Below, piece after piece: positions 54,594-64,000 of a DNA stretch of 64,000 nucleotides (position 1 is its first letter; each line of letters starts with the position of its first letter). The notes under the pieces were generated by a model. That model had not been told where the DNA came from and searched no databases. It saw nothing but the letters and a program-made list of their open reading frames with translations. The position numbers were made by a program, and so were the translations under genes. Origin of the DNA: Octopus vulgaris (taxonomy: Eukaryota); assembly GCA_951406725.2 (NCBI GenBank), contig OX597816.1, positions 102,176,001-102,240,000 on the forward strand, read 5' to 3'.

Positions 54594-56526
54594 CAGCACC
54601 ATAGTCAACTGCTACAAAGCTAAAGGTGATGCTTTAGATAAAAATAACTACAAGGGTATCAAACTGCTGGATCAGGTGATGAAGGTCACAGAGATGGTAA
54701 TAGCCCAACTAATTATGGAGAGAGTCAGCCTAGATGAGATGCAGTCCAGTTTTGTGCCATGTAACAGCACCAATGATGCTATATTTTTGGTAAAGCAACT
54801 GCAGGAGAAATACCTAGCCAAAAATAAACCCCTATACTTTTGTTGACTTGGAGAAAGCCTTCGACAGGGAGCACCGATTCCTTATCTGGTGGGTGATGTG
54901 GAATCTAGGGATAGACGAGTGGTTAGTAAGGGCCTTGTACAGGGATGCTGTTAGTAAGGTAAGGGTTGGCAACGAGTATAGTGAAGAATTCTGGGTAGAC
55001 GTAGGGACACAAAGGATCAGCCCCCTCTTATTCATCATAGTCCTCCAGGCAATGACAGAGGACTTCAAGACAGGCTGCCCCTGGGAGCTCATCTATGCTG
55101 GTGACCTTGCTCTCATAGCTGAATCACTACCAGAACTAGAGAAGAAATTTCAGGTGTGGAAGCAAGCTTTAGAATTGAAGGGCCTTAGAGTCAATATTGC
55201 AAAAACCAAATCACAAACCCCTTCAGGTAGATGGCCCTGCTTGATCTGTAGAAAAGGTGTAAGTAGAAACTCCATAAGATACACCCAGTGTAAGCTATGG
55301 ATGCATAAGAGGTGCAGCAACATCAAAGGGAGGTTAACTGGCATGATAGTTTTTTTGTGCGGCAGATGCACAGGGGCAATAAACACCGAAAATGTTCAGA
55401 AAACAGATTCCATCACATGCCAGGGGAAGAAACTAGAAGTAGTTGATAGGTGACTAAGTCTGTAGTGGGGGTGGATGCTCTGAAGTGTTGCCACTAGAAT
55501 AGGAATCGCCTGGACATAGTTCAGAAAGCTCCTACCTCTGCTGGTGACAAAGGGCCTCTTACTCAGAGTGAAAGGTAGAGTGTATGATGCATGTGTGTGA
55601 ACTGCCATGCTACATGGCAGTGAAACATGGGCTGTGACTGTTGAGGACATATGCAAGCTTGAAAGAAATGAAGCTCATATGATCTGCTGGATGTGTAATG
55701 GCAGTGTGCACACACAACAGAGTGCAAGTGCCCTGAGAGAAATGTTGGACATAGGAAGCATCAAATATGGTGTGCAAGAGAGATGGCTGCACTGGTATGG
55801 TCATGTACTACATATAAATGAGGAGAACTGTGTGAAGAAGTGTCACTCCCTAACTGTGGAAGGAACCTGTGGAAGAGGTAGACCCAGGAAGACATGGGAT
55901 GAGATGGTGAAGCACGACCTTTGAATGTTGGGCCTCAGAGGTCTCAAGAGACCGAGACCTCTGGAGATATGCTGTGATTGAGAAGACCCCGGCAAGTAAA
56001 GTGAGATTACAGCCATAATCTATACCAGTGTTACATAAACAGCCCATTTAAAAGGTACCTCTGAATTGTTGGGCCACACACCGTGCTTGAGGAGACCTAT
56101 TGAGTCAAGTAAAATCAATATAAAAATTACAACCAGAATCTCAATCAAATCGAAATTAAAATGGAAATTGTAGTTGTGTCCGATGCCAGTACTGCCTGAC
56201 TGGCTCCCGTGCTGGTGGCATGCAAAAAGTACCATTCATGCATGAGTTGATGCCAGTGCTGCCTGAGTGGCTCCCCTTGCCAGTGGCACATAAAAAGCAT
56301 CATCCGAACGTGGCCGATGCCAGTGCCACCTGACTGGCTCCCGTGCTAGTGGCATGTAAAAAGTACCCACTACACTCTTGGAGTGGTTGGTGTTAGGAAG
56401 GGCATCAGCTGTAGAAACCTTGCCAGATCAGATTGGAGCCTGGTGCAGCCTCCTGGCTTGCTAGTCTCCAGTCAAACCGTCCAACCCATGCCAGCATGGA
56501 AAACAGATGTTAAACAATGATGATGA
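54594..56526 (+). mobile_element. Decayed RTE RT fragment (plus strand) with 3' UTR in EXOSC2 intron 6
   Basis: ORFs 54586-54846, 54848-55453 and 55607-55924 are consecutive RTE RT pieces; (GAT)n tail at ~56520. Confidence 0.9.
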
Positions 56527-56826
56527 AACAAATCATCTGTGAAAATTGCACAACAAAAAATTATGGAATCCTCTTTCTTGGATTTGAGAAACTACCAAGA
56601 AGAAGAAACAATGACAATGTTTGTTGTTCACGAATTGTGATATAAACTAAATAAATGAATATGATACATAGATTTAAGTGTTGAACTGCTGGCCACATTA
56701 TTATGTGTTCAAATCTTACTATAGCTGTTGTATCATGCACATGAGTAAAGTAACTGATTAATAGCATGATTTCAGTAGATTTGTATTTTGTTTTGTTCTG
56801 ATGTATTCTGGTTTATTCTCTTGCAG

Positions 56827-56955
56827 CCAGTTTCCTGTGGTGACCGAGAGGTGATTGCTCGCATGAGGAACTGTATCCTGGCCCTCAGCCATCACAAGAT
56901 GATGTTGTTTGATACCAGCATATTGTATACCTATGATAACTCCCTGAAATTCTCA
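56827..56955 (+). CDS. EXOSC2: RRP4 coding exon 7
   Basis: ctcttgcag acceptor; PVSCGDREVIARMRNCILALSHHKMMLFDTSILYTYDNSLKFS; donor gtaagt. Confidence 0.96.
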
Positions 56956-57088
56956 GTAAGTTTCAAAATGAGGTAGCTTTTATGTTTTCAGGAACTGTGT
57001 GTTTTTGGATAGAATATTGTGTTTTCTTTTCTTTTCAGTTGGCTTGGCTTAAAGAATCTGTCTTGCGACTCTTTCCTGTGAATTAATG

Positions 57089-57617
57089 TTGCGAGAAATG
57101 AAGCCAGTATGCTCCGATGGATGTGTAATGTCAGTGTGCATGCTCGACAGAGCGTTAGTACCCTGAGAGAAATGTTGGACCTAAGGAGCATCAGTTGTGG
57201 TGTGCAAGAGAGACGATTGCGCTGGTATGGTCATGTGGCGAGAATGGATGAAGATAGGTGTGTGAAAAAGTGCCAATCCCTAACAGTGGAGGGTTCCCGT
57301 GGAAGAGGTAGACCCAGGAAGACATGGGACGAGGTGGTGAAGCACAACCTTCGAACTTTAGGTCTCACTGAGGAAATGACCAGCGACCGAGGTGGCTGAT
57401 GCCAGCCTCGCCTGGCACCAGTGCAGGTGGCACGTAAAAAGCACCCACTACACTCACGGAGTGGTTGGCGTTAGGAAGGGCATCCAGCTGGAGAAACATT
57501 GCCAGATAAGACCGGAGCCTGGTGCAGCCTTCTGGCTTCCCAGATCCCCAGTCGAACCGTCCAACCCATGCTAGCATGGAGAACGGATGTTAAACGATGA
57601 TGATGATGATGATGATG
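57089..57617 (+). mobile_element. RTE 3' fragment with internal deletion and (GAT)n tail
   Basis: ORF 57109-57399 RRLRWYGHV...RGRPRKTW is joined directly to the distal 3' UTR. Confidence 0.88.
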
Positions 57618-58235
57618 AAGATTGAAATATTTATTTTCTCAAGAAACTCATCCCATAGTACTCTGCATGTTAGTGGAATATCACTGAGATAAAGAGAGAA
57701 GCTTAAATATCTCAGGACCATATTTATGAGTGATGGAAGGCAGGAGGCTGAATTGAATGCTAGAATTGCACATGCTGGTTGGTAAAAAAGCCAAATTTGC
57801 TATCTTCAATTAAGATTTCATGCCTATCCACATCACCTATGATCATGGTTGTTGGTAATAATTAAAAGAGTAGTAGAAACAAGCAGCTGAATTGGGGTTC
57901 CTCTGAAAGTTCTCTGAAGTAATGTTTACTCAACAGGGTGTGTAGTTTGAAGATCAGGGAGTCTAACTCTGGGTTGAGCTGCAACTTTTCCACATTGAGT
58001 GGTCACAGCTGTGGTACAACTTAATTATGACAAGGTCATTTTACTAAATTGCCTCATTTATTTTAAAATTATCTAGCAGAACATTAAAACAGTAAATTAA
58101 CTTTGCGAGAGATTTGTTAGCTATTTCTAGCATGTTGAATGACCACCTTGAAGCTCCTGGTGAGCCTATCATTTGTATAACAGTAGAACTGACCTCTGAA
58201 AGTCACCTGACCTAATTTATCATTTTCTGTTATAG

Positions 58236-58316
58236 TGTAAAGACATCTTGAAACCAGAAATAATGAATGAAGTTGTTGAGATGACACGGTTAAGGCTTGA
58301 ACAAGAAACTCTTTGA
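58236..58316 (+). CDS. EXOSC2: RRP4 last coding exon
   Basis: ttttctgttatag acceptor; CKDILKPEIMNEVVEMTRLRLEQETL*. Summed CDS is 879 nt = 292 aa + stop. Confidence 0.94.
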   Translation, partial: CKDILKPEIMNEVVEMTRLRLEQETL

Positions 58317-60553
58317 TTAGCAGAATATCACCTTTCATTCAAGCCATCGATCTACAATCTCCATTGATCTTACTGGTAAGTGATTGCTATCTATTAGTCT
58401 CCAACTATAAATATTAACTTCTCATTCCATTTATGTTGTGGTGGCAGTGGTAGTGAAAGTGACAGCTGTTGTAGTAGTAGCAACAACTACATGTTCCAAA
58501 CAACTATATGTTCTATTGGGCTTCTCAATGTTGGACTCTGATTTTATTTCTGTTTATTTACTTGCAGGAGGCTGCTTCAAAAGCAATGGTGAAGAACATG
58601 ACTATTCTTCCTTTGATTTCCACCTTCTGGCCATGAGTTTGCTTGTTCCAGCTGTTCAACAATCACAATCAGATTTTCACCCAATACTTTCAACTCCTAT
58701 TTAGTTATGTTTTTTTTAAAAATTTATATTTTGTTCTTCTATCTACATATTACCTACCATGTCATCTCTGTCTGCTTCATCCTTCATATGTACAGTTGAT
58801 AAATTATGTCTGGTGACCTTCAGCAGCAGCCAATATCATCATCACATTCATAAAGTTTCCTTAATTTCTCTTGTGTCATCTCATCTTTTATCTTAAAATT
58901 CTCCTCTCATACCACTACCACCATTACCATCACTGCCACTACAGTCACCATTACAAGCTTAGCAATCATTTTCATCTTTCTCTTTACACTGCTGTCCATC
59001 TGAGATAGTAGCTTAGTCAGTGGTCAGTAGTGTGGATAATCTCAACTCTAAACATTCTGTTTCATGGGTGAACATATGGATGGATGGTCACTCTACCTAT
59101 TAGAAATAGCAGCAAATCTCTCAAGTCTTACAAAAAGGACATATTGAATAATATGATCCTAGCTGTATCTGGGGAAATAAAAGGCTTGGATTATCATGGT
59201 TGGAATGCTTTTTGCTTGGGACTGACCTGGGGATAAACAACATCAACGATAACATCTTGTTTTATATCAGAATATTATATTGTCTCTTCCTAAATAAGAG
59301 CGGTCCCAGAGATGTCAGTTCCATAATGTAGTATTGTTATTGTCATATAAAGTAAGACTTGTTCCGTATAAAAACTTACCTCAACTAACTGAACCAAGGA
59401 GGTGGTATCTCTTCAACAGACTGACACCATAGACAAAGAAATTCAGTCTCAAATAGTCCCTGACAGCTCTGACTGCAAGGGAGTCATTCAAATGGCAGGG
59501 AGAGGTGTATGTGTCTCTGGCTGATACTTGAATAATGCTTGGTCTAAATTTTATCTTGTGATCTTGGGAGGTCATCAAAAATGACAAAAAAAATATATAT
59601 ACAAATAAAACAAATGATGTGGTGGAAGGGTTAAGAAATTCCATTTCAATTAATTCTCATAATCAGACATTCCTCATCATCTCTTATAAACATAGAGGAA
59701 AACACACACACACAAACAGAACATCAAAGAAATCTGGTACCACAAACATTCTGTCTAATGTAGAATTTAAAACAAAATGCAGTTATTTGATGTTGTTATT
59801 AATTAATTTTTTTTTACATTTAAACATTGTATTGTTTTTTACATACAATTTCAGAAAAGATTTCTTTCATTTTCATCATCATCACCATTATGACAACTAT
59901 CACCAATCAATCATCAGTACCAGATAATCTCTTAATATTATTTTTCATGCCTTTTTCCTATGTCTCTTTCAATATATGTGTGTGTGTGTGATATACAAAA
60001 GTACAGGCATGAATGTTTATTTAAAAAGGTTGCTTCCTAACTATGGTTTTTGGGTTCAGTTCCACTGTGTAGAACCTTGGGGAAGTATCTTCTGCTACAG
60101 CCCCAGGCAGAGCAATATTTTATGAATGGATTTGGTGGATGGAAACTAAAGAAGCTCATGTGTGTGTGTGTATGATCATTATTTAACAACTGTTGTCCAT
60201 GCTGGCATGGGTTGGACAGTTTAACCAGAGCTGGCAAGCTGGGGAGCTGCACTGGCTCCAGTCTGATTTGGTTGGATGCCCTTCCTAATACCAGCCATTT
60301 TACAGAGTGTGCCAGATGGCTCTTACATGACACTGCATAGGTGCTTTTATGTGGTACTGTGCAGGTGCTCTTATGTGGTGCACTTTTACGTGGCTCTACA
60401 TGGGTGCTTTTATGTGGCACTGCATGAACACTTTTACGTGGTACCTCCATGAGTGCTTTTTATGTGGCACTAACACAGGACTCTTGCAGGTCAATCCTCA
60501 CCACAAGTGGGACTGGTCTTAACACTTCTGCAGAAGAGTACATATTTATATAT

Positions 60554-60590
<37 letters not shown>

Positions 60591-60724
60591 AAAATAGTAA
60601 AGTGTGAAAAAACGACAGAAGGCTTAAATGTTAAAAAATATATATATTTGTGTCAAAATGTCTGGAGAATATTGGAAAAATTTTTTTCCCTTTCCTTAAA
60701 ATGACATAATTTAAAAAATTTTTA

Positions 60725-60764
60725 AAGAAATTACCGGTTTCGCGTGTAGCTTTTCAAATTTCTT
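60725..60764 (-). ncRNA. Minimal type I hammerhead, U3:A8 variant (left arm of palindrome)
   Basis: AAGAAAT-TTGAAAA-GC tacac GC-GAA-AC cg GT-A-ATTTCTT. Confidence 0.7.
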
Positions 60765-60783
60765 GTGACGTATTTCTTGTGAC

Positions 60784-60819
60784 GAAATTTGAAAAGCTAC
60801 ACGCGAAACCAGTAATTTC
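60784..60819 (+). ncRNA. Minimal type I hammerhead, U3:A8 variant (right arm of palindrome)
   Basis: GAAAT-TTGAAAA-GC tacac GC-GAA-AC ca GT-A-ATTTC. Confidence 0.65.
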
Positions 60820-60996
60820 TTTAAAAATTTTAAAAATTATGTCATTTTAAGGAAAGGAAAAAAATTTTTCCAATATTCTCCAGACATTTTGACACAAATA
60901 TATATATTTTTTAACATTTAAGCCTTCTGTCGTTTTTTCACACTTTACTATTTTCTTATATATTCACCCACGTGCTTTACCAAACAAACTTTCTTA

Positions 60997-61054
<58 letters not shown>

Positions 61055-61224
61055 AATTGAGATAGGGGTTGTAAATGCAACCCTCTATGGGATAACATAT
61101 ATCCAATATACTGCTAGTGAAGTACCCAACAAAGTTAATACATAAATGTTAATGATTGCGATGCAATCAATTCATTTACTGTATTATATGGGCAAAGGTA
61201 AAATGATTTACCACAAATTACTAA

Positions 61225-61932
61225 TACAAGATAAGAAAATGGAGAAATACATCTAAATCAAATATCAATTACCAGATAATACTCAATCACATACTTTATT
61301 AAACCACCACATAAGAGACTGTAGGGTTAAATATAAAAAGCAGAACAAATCAGTGTACATAAAGGAATGTACATAAAAAAGTGTACATAAAAGAGTAATG
61401 TTGTATAATAAGTAGAATATACATAAAAGAGAATATAAATACAAGTAAATATAAATATAAGTATAAATTAGATCTTACAGCTGTTTCGGCCATGTCGATA
61501 AGTATGTCTCATTTTACCAATATTAGTCCTTTATGGTTGGTCTGAGTTATATTACATAATCTCTGAAGAGGCCTTGCGATATTTTTGTAAATGCTTCATT
61601 TATATCTATATATTGACCAACCATAAAGGGCTAATATTGGTAAAATGAGACATACTTATCGACATGGCCGAAACAGCTGTAAGATCTAATTTATACTTAT
61701 ATTTATATTTACTTGTATTTATATTCTCTTTTATATATATTCTACTTATTATACAACATTACTCTTTTATGTACACTTTTTTATGTACATTCCTTTATGT
61801 ACACTGATTTGTTCTGCTTTTTATATTTAACCCTACAGTCTCTTATGTGGTGGTTTAATAAAGTATGTGATTGAGTATTATCTGGTAATTGATATTTGAT
61901 TTAGATGTATTTCTCCATTTTCTTATCTTGTA
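61225..61932. repeat. Inverted repeat, 318-bp arms (61225-61542 and 61615-61932)
   Basis: Direct reverse-complement match with about 2 mismatches seen; 72-bp spacer. Confidence 0.95.
61559..61685 (+). ncRNA. Type I hammerhead with a 92-nt loop II
   Basis: ATCT-CTGAAGA-GGCC-[61574-61665]-GGCC-GAA-AC agct GT-A-AGAT. All core nucleotides are canonical. Confidence 0.7.
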
Positions 61933-61944
61933 TATATATATATA

Positions 61945-64000
61945 ACTTCAGGAAACCTACCAGCCACCTAGTCACTTACCGATCGGGCCAACATACCAGC
62001 CAAATTGACTACATCCTTGCAAGCAAAGGGAGAGATGGCTGCTTATAAATGCCAAAACCTTCCCAGGTGAAGAATGTACCCCACAACATAGACTGGTAGT
62101 TAGTGACTTTAGGATCAGGACTAGGAGGACAACCAGAAGACGACCAATATGGAGAAGAAGGATCTGGAAGCTTAAAGATCCTGTAAATGGACAGAGATTT
62201 AGAGACATATTACTTGAAGCCTCTGACGAAGTAGAAGGGGATAGAGCATCACAGGGGGTAGAAGACAGCTGGACGTTTCTAAGGGACAACCTGCTGAGAG
62301 CCACTGACCAGATCTGTGGCTGGTGCAAAGTCCCCTCTTGACCTAGAATAACGTGGTGGTGGAACAATATTGTAGACAGGGCTATTAGAGAAAAGAGACA
62401 GGCTTGGAAGGTCTGGAAAAATGGGGGTAGCAGGGAATTGTATCAGACTGCCAAAAGAGAAGCTAAGAGACAGGTTTATTTAGCCAGAGGGGAAGCAGAT
62501 AAGAAAATATTTGCTAATGTTCTGCGCCATGAGGACCAAAGACTGGAGGTGTTTCGTGTTGCAAGACAGTGTGTGAGAGAGAATCGTGATGTGGTAGGAG
62601 AGAAGTGTGTTCGCATGGAAGATGGTTCACTTGCGCTAAATGAGGATGCAAAGAGAGAGGCTTGGAGATGCCACTATGAAAGTTTGCTGAATAAAGAAAA
62701 TGAATGGGATAAAGAGAGTCTGCCGAATGTTGACCCAACAGAGGGACCAGCTATCCGAGTTGATAGTTCCGTGGTAGCTAAGGCAATTAGAAGCATGAAG
62801 ACAGGAAAAGCCCCAGGCCCATCAGGAATCACTGCAGAGATGCTCAAAATGTCTGGTAGTGTCGGCTATAGCCTAGTCACCCATATAGTTAATCAGGTGA
62901 TACACAAAGGAGTCATACCCAATGACTGGTGTAGCAGCATAATAGTCAACTGCTACAAAGGTAAAGGTGACGCCCTAGATACAAATAATTACAGAGGTAT
63001 CAAGCTGTTGGATCAGGTGATGAAGGTTACGGAGAGGGTCATAGCCCAACTAATTAGAGAGAGAGTTAGTTTAGATGAGATGCAGTTTGGGTTTGTGCCA
63101 GGGAAAAGTACTACTGATGCTATATTCCTGGTAAGGCAGCTGCAGGAGAAATACCTAGCCAAAGATAAGCCCCTGTACCTGGCTTTTGTTGACATGGAGA
63201 AAGCCTTCGACAGGGTCCCCCGATCCCTTATCTGGTGGGCAATGAGGAAACTAGGGATAGATGAATGGTTAGTGAGAGCTGTGCGGGCCATGTATAGGGA
63301 CGCTGCTAGTAGGGTGAGGGTTGGAAACGAGTACAGTGAAGAATTCCGGGTAGAGGTAGGGGTCCACCAAGGCTCAGTACTCAGCCCCCTCCTATTTATC
63401 ATAGTCCTCCAGGCAATAACGGAGGAATTCAAGACAGGATGCCCTTGGGAGCTCCTCTATGCTGATGACCTTGCTCTAATTGCTGAGTCGCTATCAGAAC
63501 TGGAGGAGAAGTTTCAGGTGTGGAAACAAGGATTAGAATCGAAGGGCCTCAGAGTCAATCTAGCTAAAACCAAAGTCGTAATCAGTAGGAAGGTAGACAA
63601 ATCACAAACGCCTTCAGGTAGATGGCCCTGCTCGATCTGTAGAAAAGGTGTAGGTAGTAACTCTATAAGATGCACCAAGTGTAAGCTATGGACACATAAG
63701 AGGTGCAGCAATGTCAAAGGAAGGCTAACTAGGAAGATGGTTTTTGTATGTGGCAGATGCTCAGGAACAATAAACACTGAAAATGCTCTGAGACCAACTT
63801 CCGTCACTTTCCAGGGAGAAAAACTAGAAATAGTTGATAGTTTCCGTTACCTAGGTGACCAAGTCAGCAGCGGGGGCGGGTGTGCTGAAAGTGTAACTGC
63901 TAGAGTAAGAATAGCTTGGGCAAAGTTCAGAGAGCTCTTACCCCTGCTGGTGACAAAAGGCCTCTCGCACAGTGAAAGGCAGACAGTATGATGCGTGTGT
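61945..64000 (+). mobile_element. RTE-clade LINE, young 5'-truncated copy running off the window end
   Basis: C-terminal APE motifs (IDYIL, PQHRLVVSDF) upstream of ORF 62438-63991. The ORF has RT motifs KAPGPSG, NYRGIKLL, QFGF, FVDMEKAFDRV, GVHQGSVLSP, LLYADD and FRYLG. One upstream stop (~62339) and a terminal frameshift. Confidence 0.95.

Larger units (their letters stand above)
60582..60962. repeat. Near-perfect palindrome, ~180-bp arms with a 21-bp spacer
   Basis: Arms 60582-60762 and 60784-60962 are reverse complements; the centre holds a direct duplication of atttcttgtgacg; flanked by (TA)n. Confidence 0.95.

Noticed and set aside
63013-63807. Long antisense ORFs opposite the RTE RT
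   Set aside because: These are shadow ORFs of the coding strand, with no independent evidence.

Overview
AT-rich, microsatellite- and repeat-dense animal genomic DNA. The SINE, RTE and Helitron families suggest an octopus or related cephalopod (inference). Two spliced host genes point away from each other. TMEM141 is on the minus strand (4 coding exons, 24671->16030, ~112 aa). EXOSC2/RRP4 is on the plus strand (8 coding exons, 30111-58316, 292 aa), with a clear U12-type intron (37889-38125) and a likely 3'-UTR intron placed just beyond the NMD boundary. The rest is mostly mobile DNA: a nearly intact RTE LINE with a PHD-type zinc finger inside the RT region, many RTE fragments, tRNA-derived SINEs, Helitron-like and piggyBac-like MITEs, and a decayed mariner. 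The most striking signal not explained by these is a set of about ten minimal type I hammerhead ribozyme motifs from several unrelated sequence families. They lie in short non-coding elements embedded in (TA)n tracts and/or long inverted repeats. Some carry the compensatory U3:A8 core, palindromic stem III or very large loop II, and one family has a tRNA/Pol III head. This looks like a retrozyme or non-autonomous Penelope-like system. All folds were derived by eye and no searches were run.
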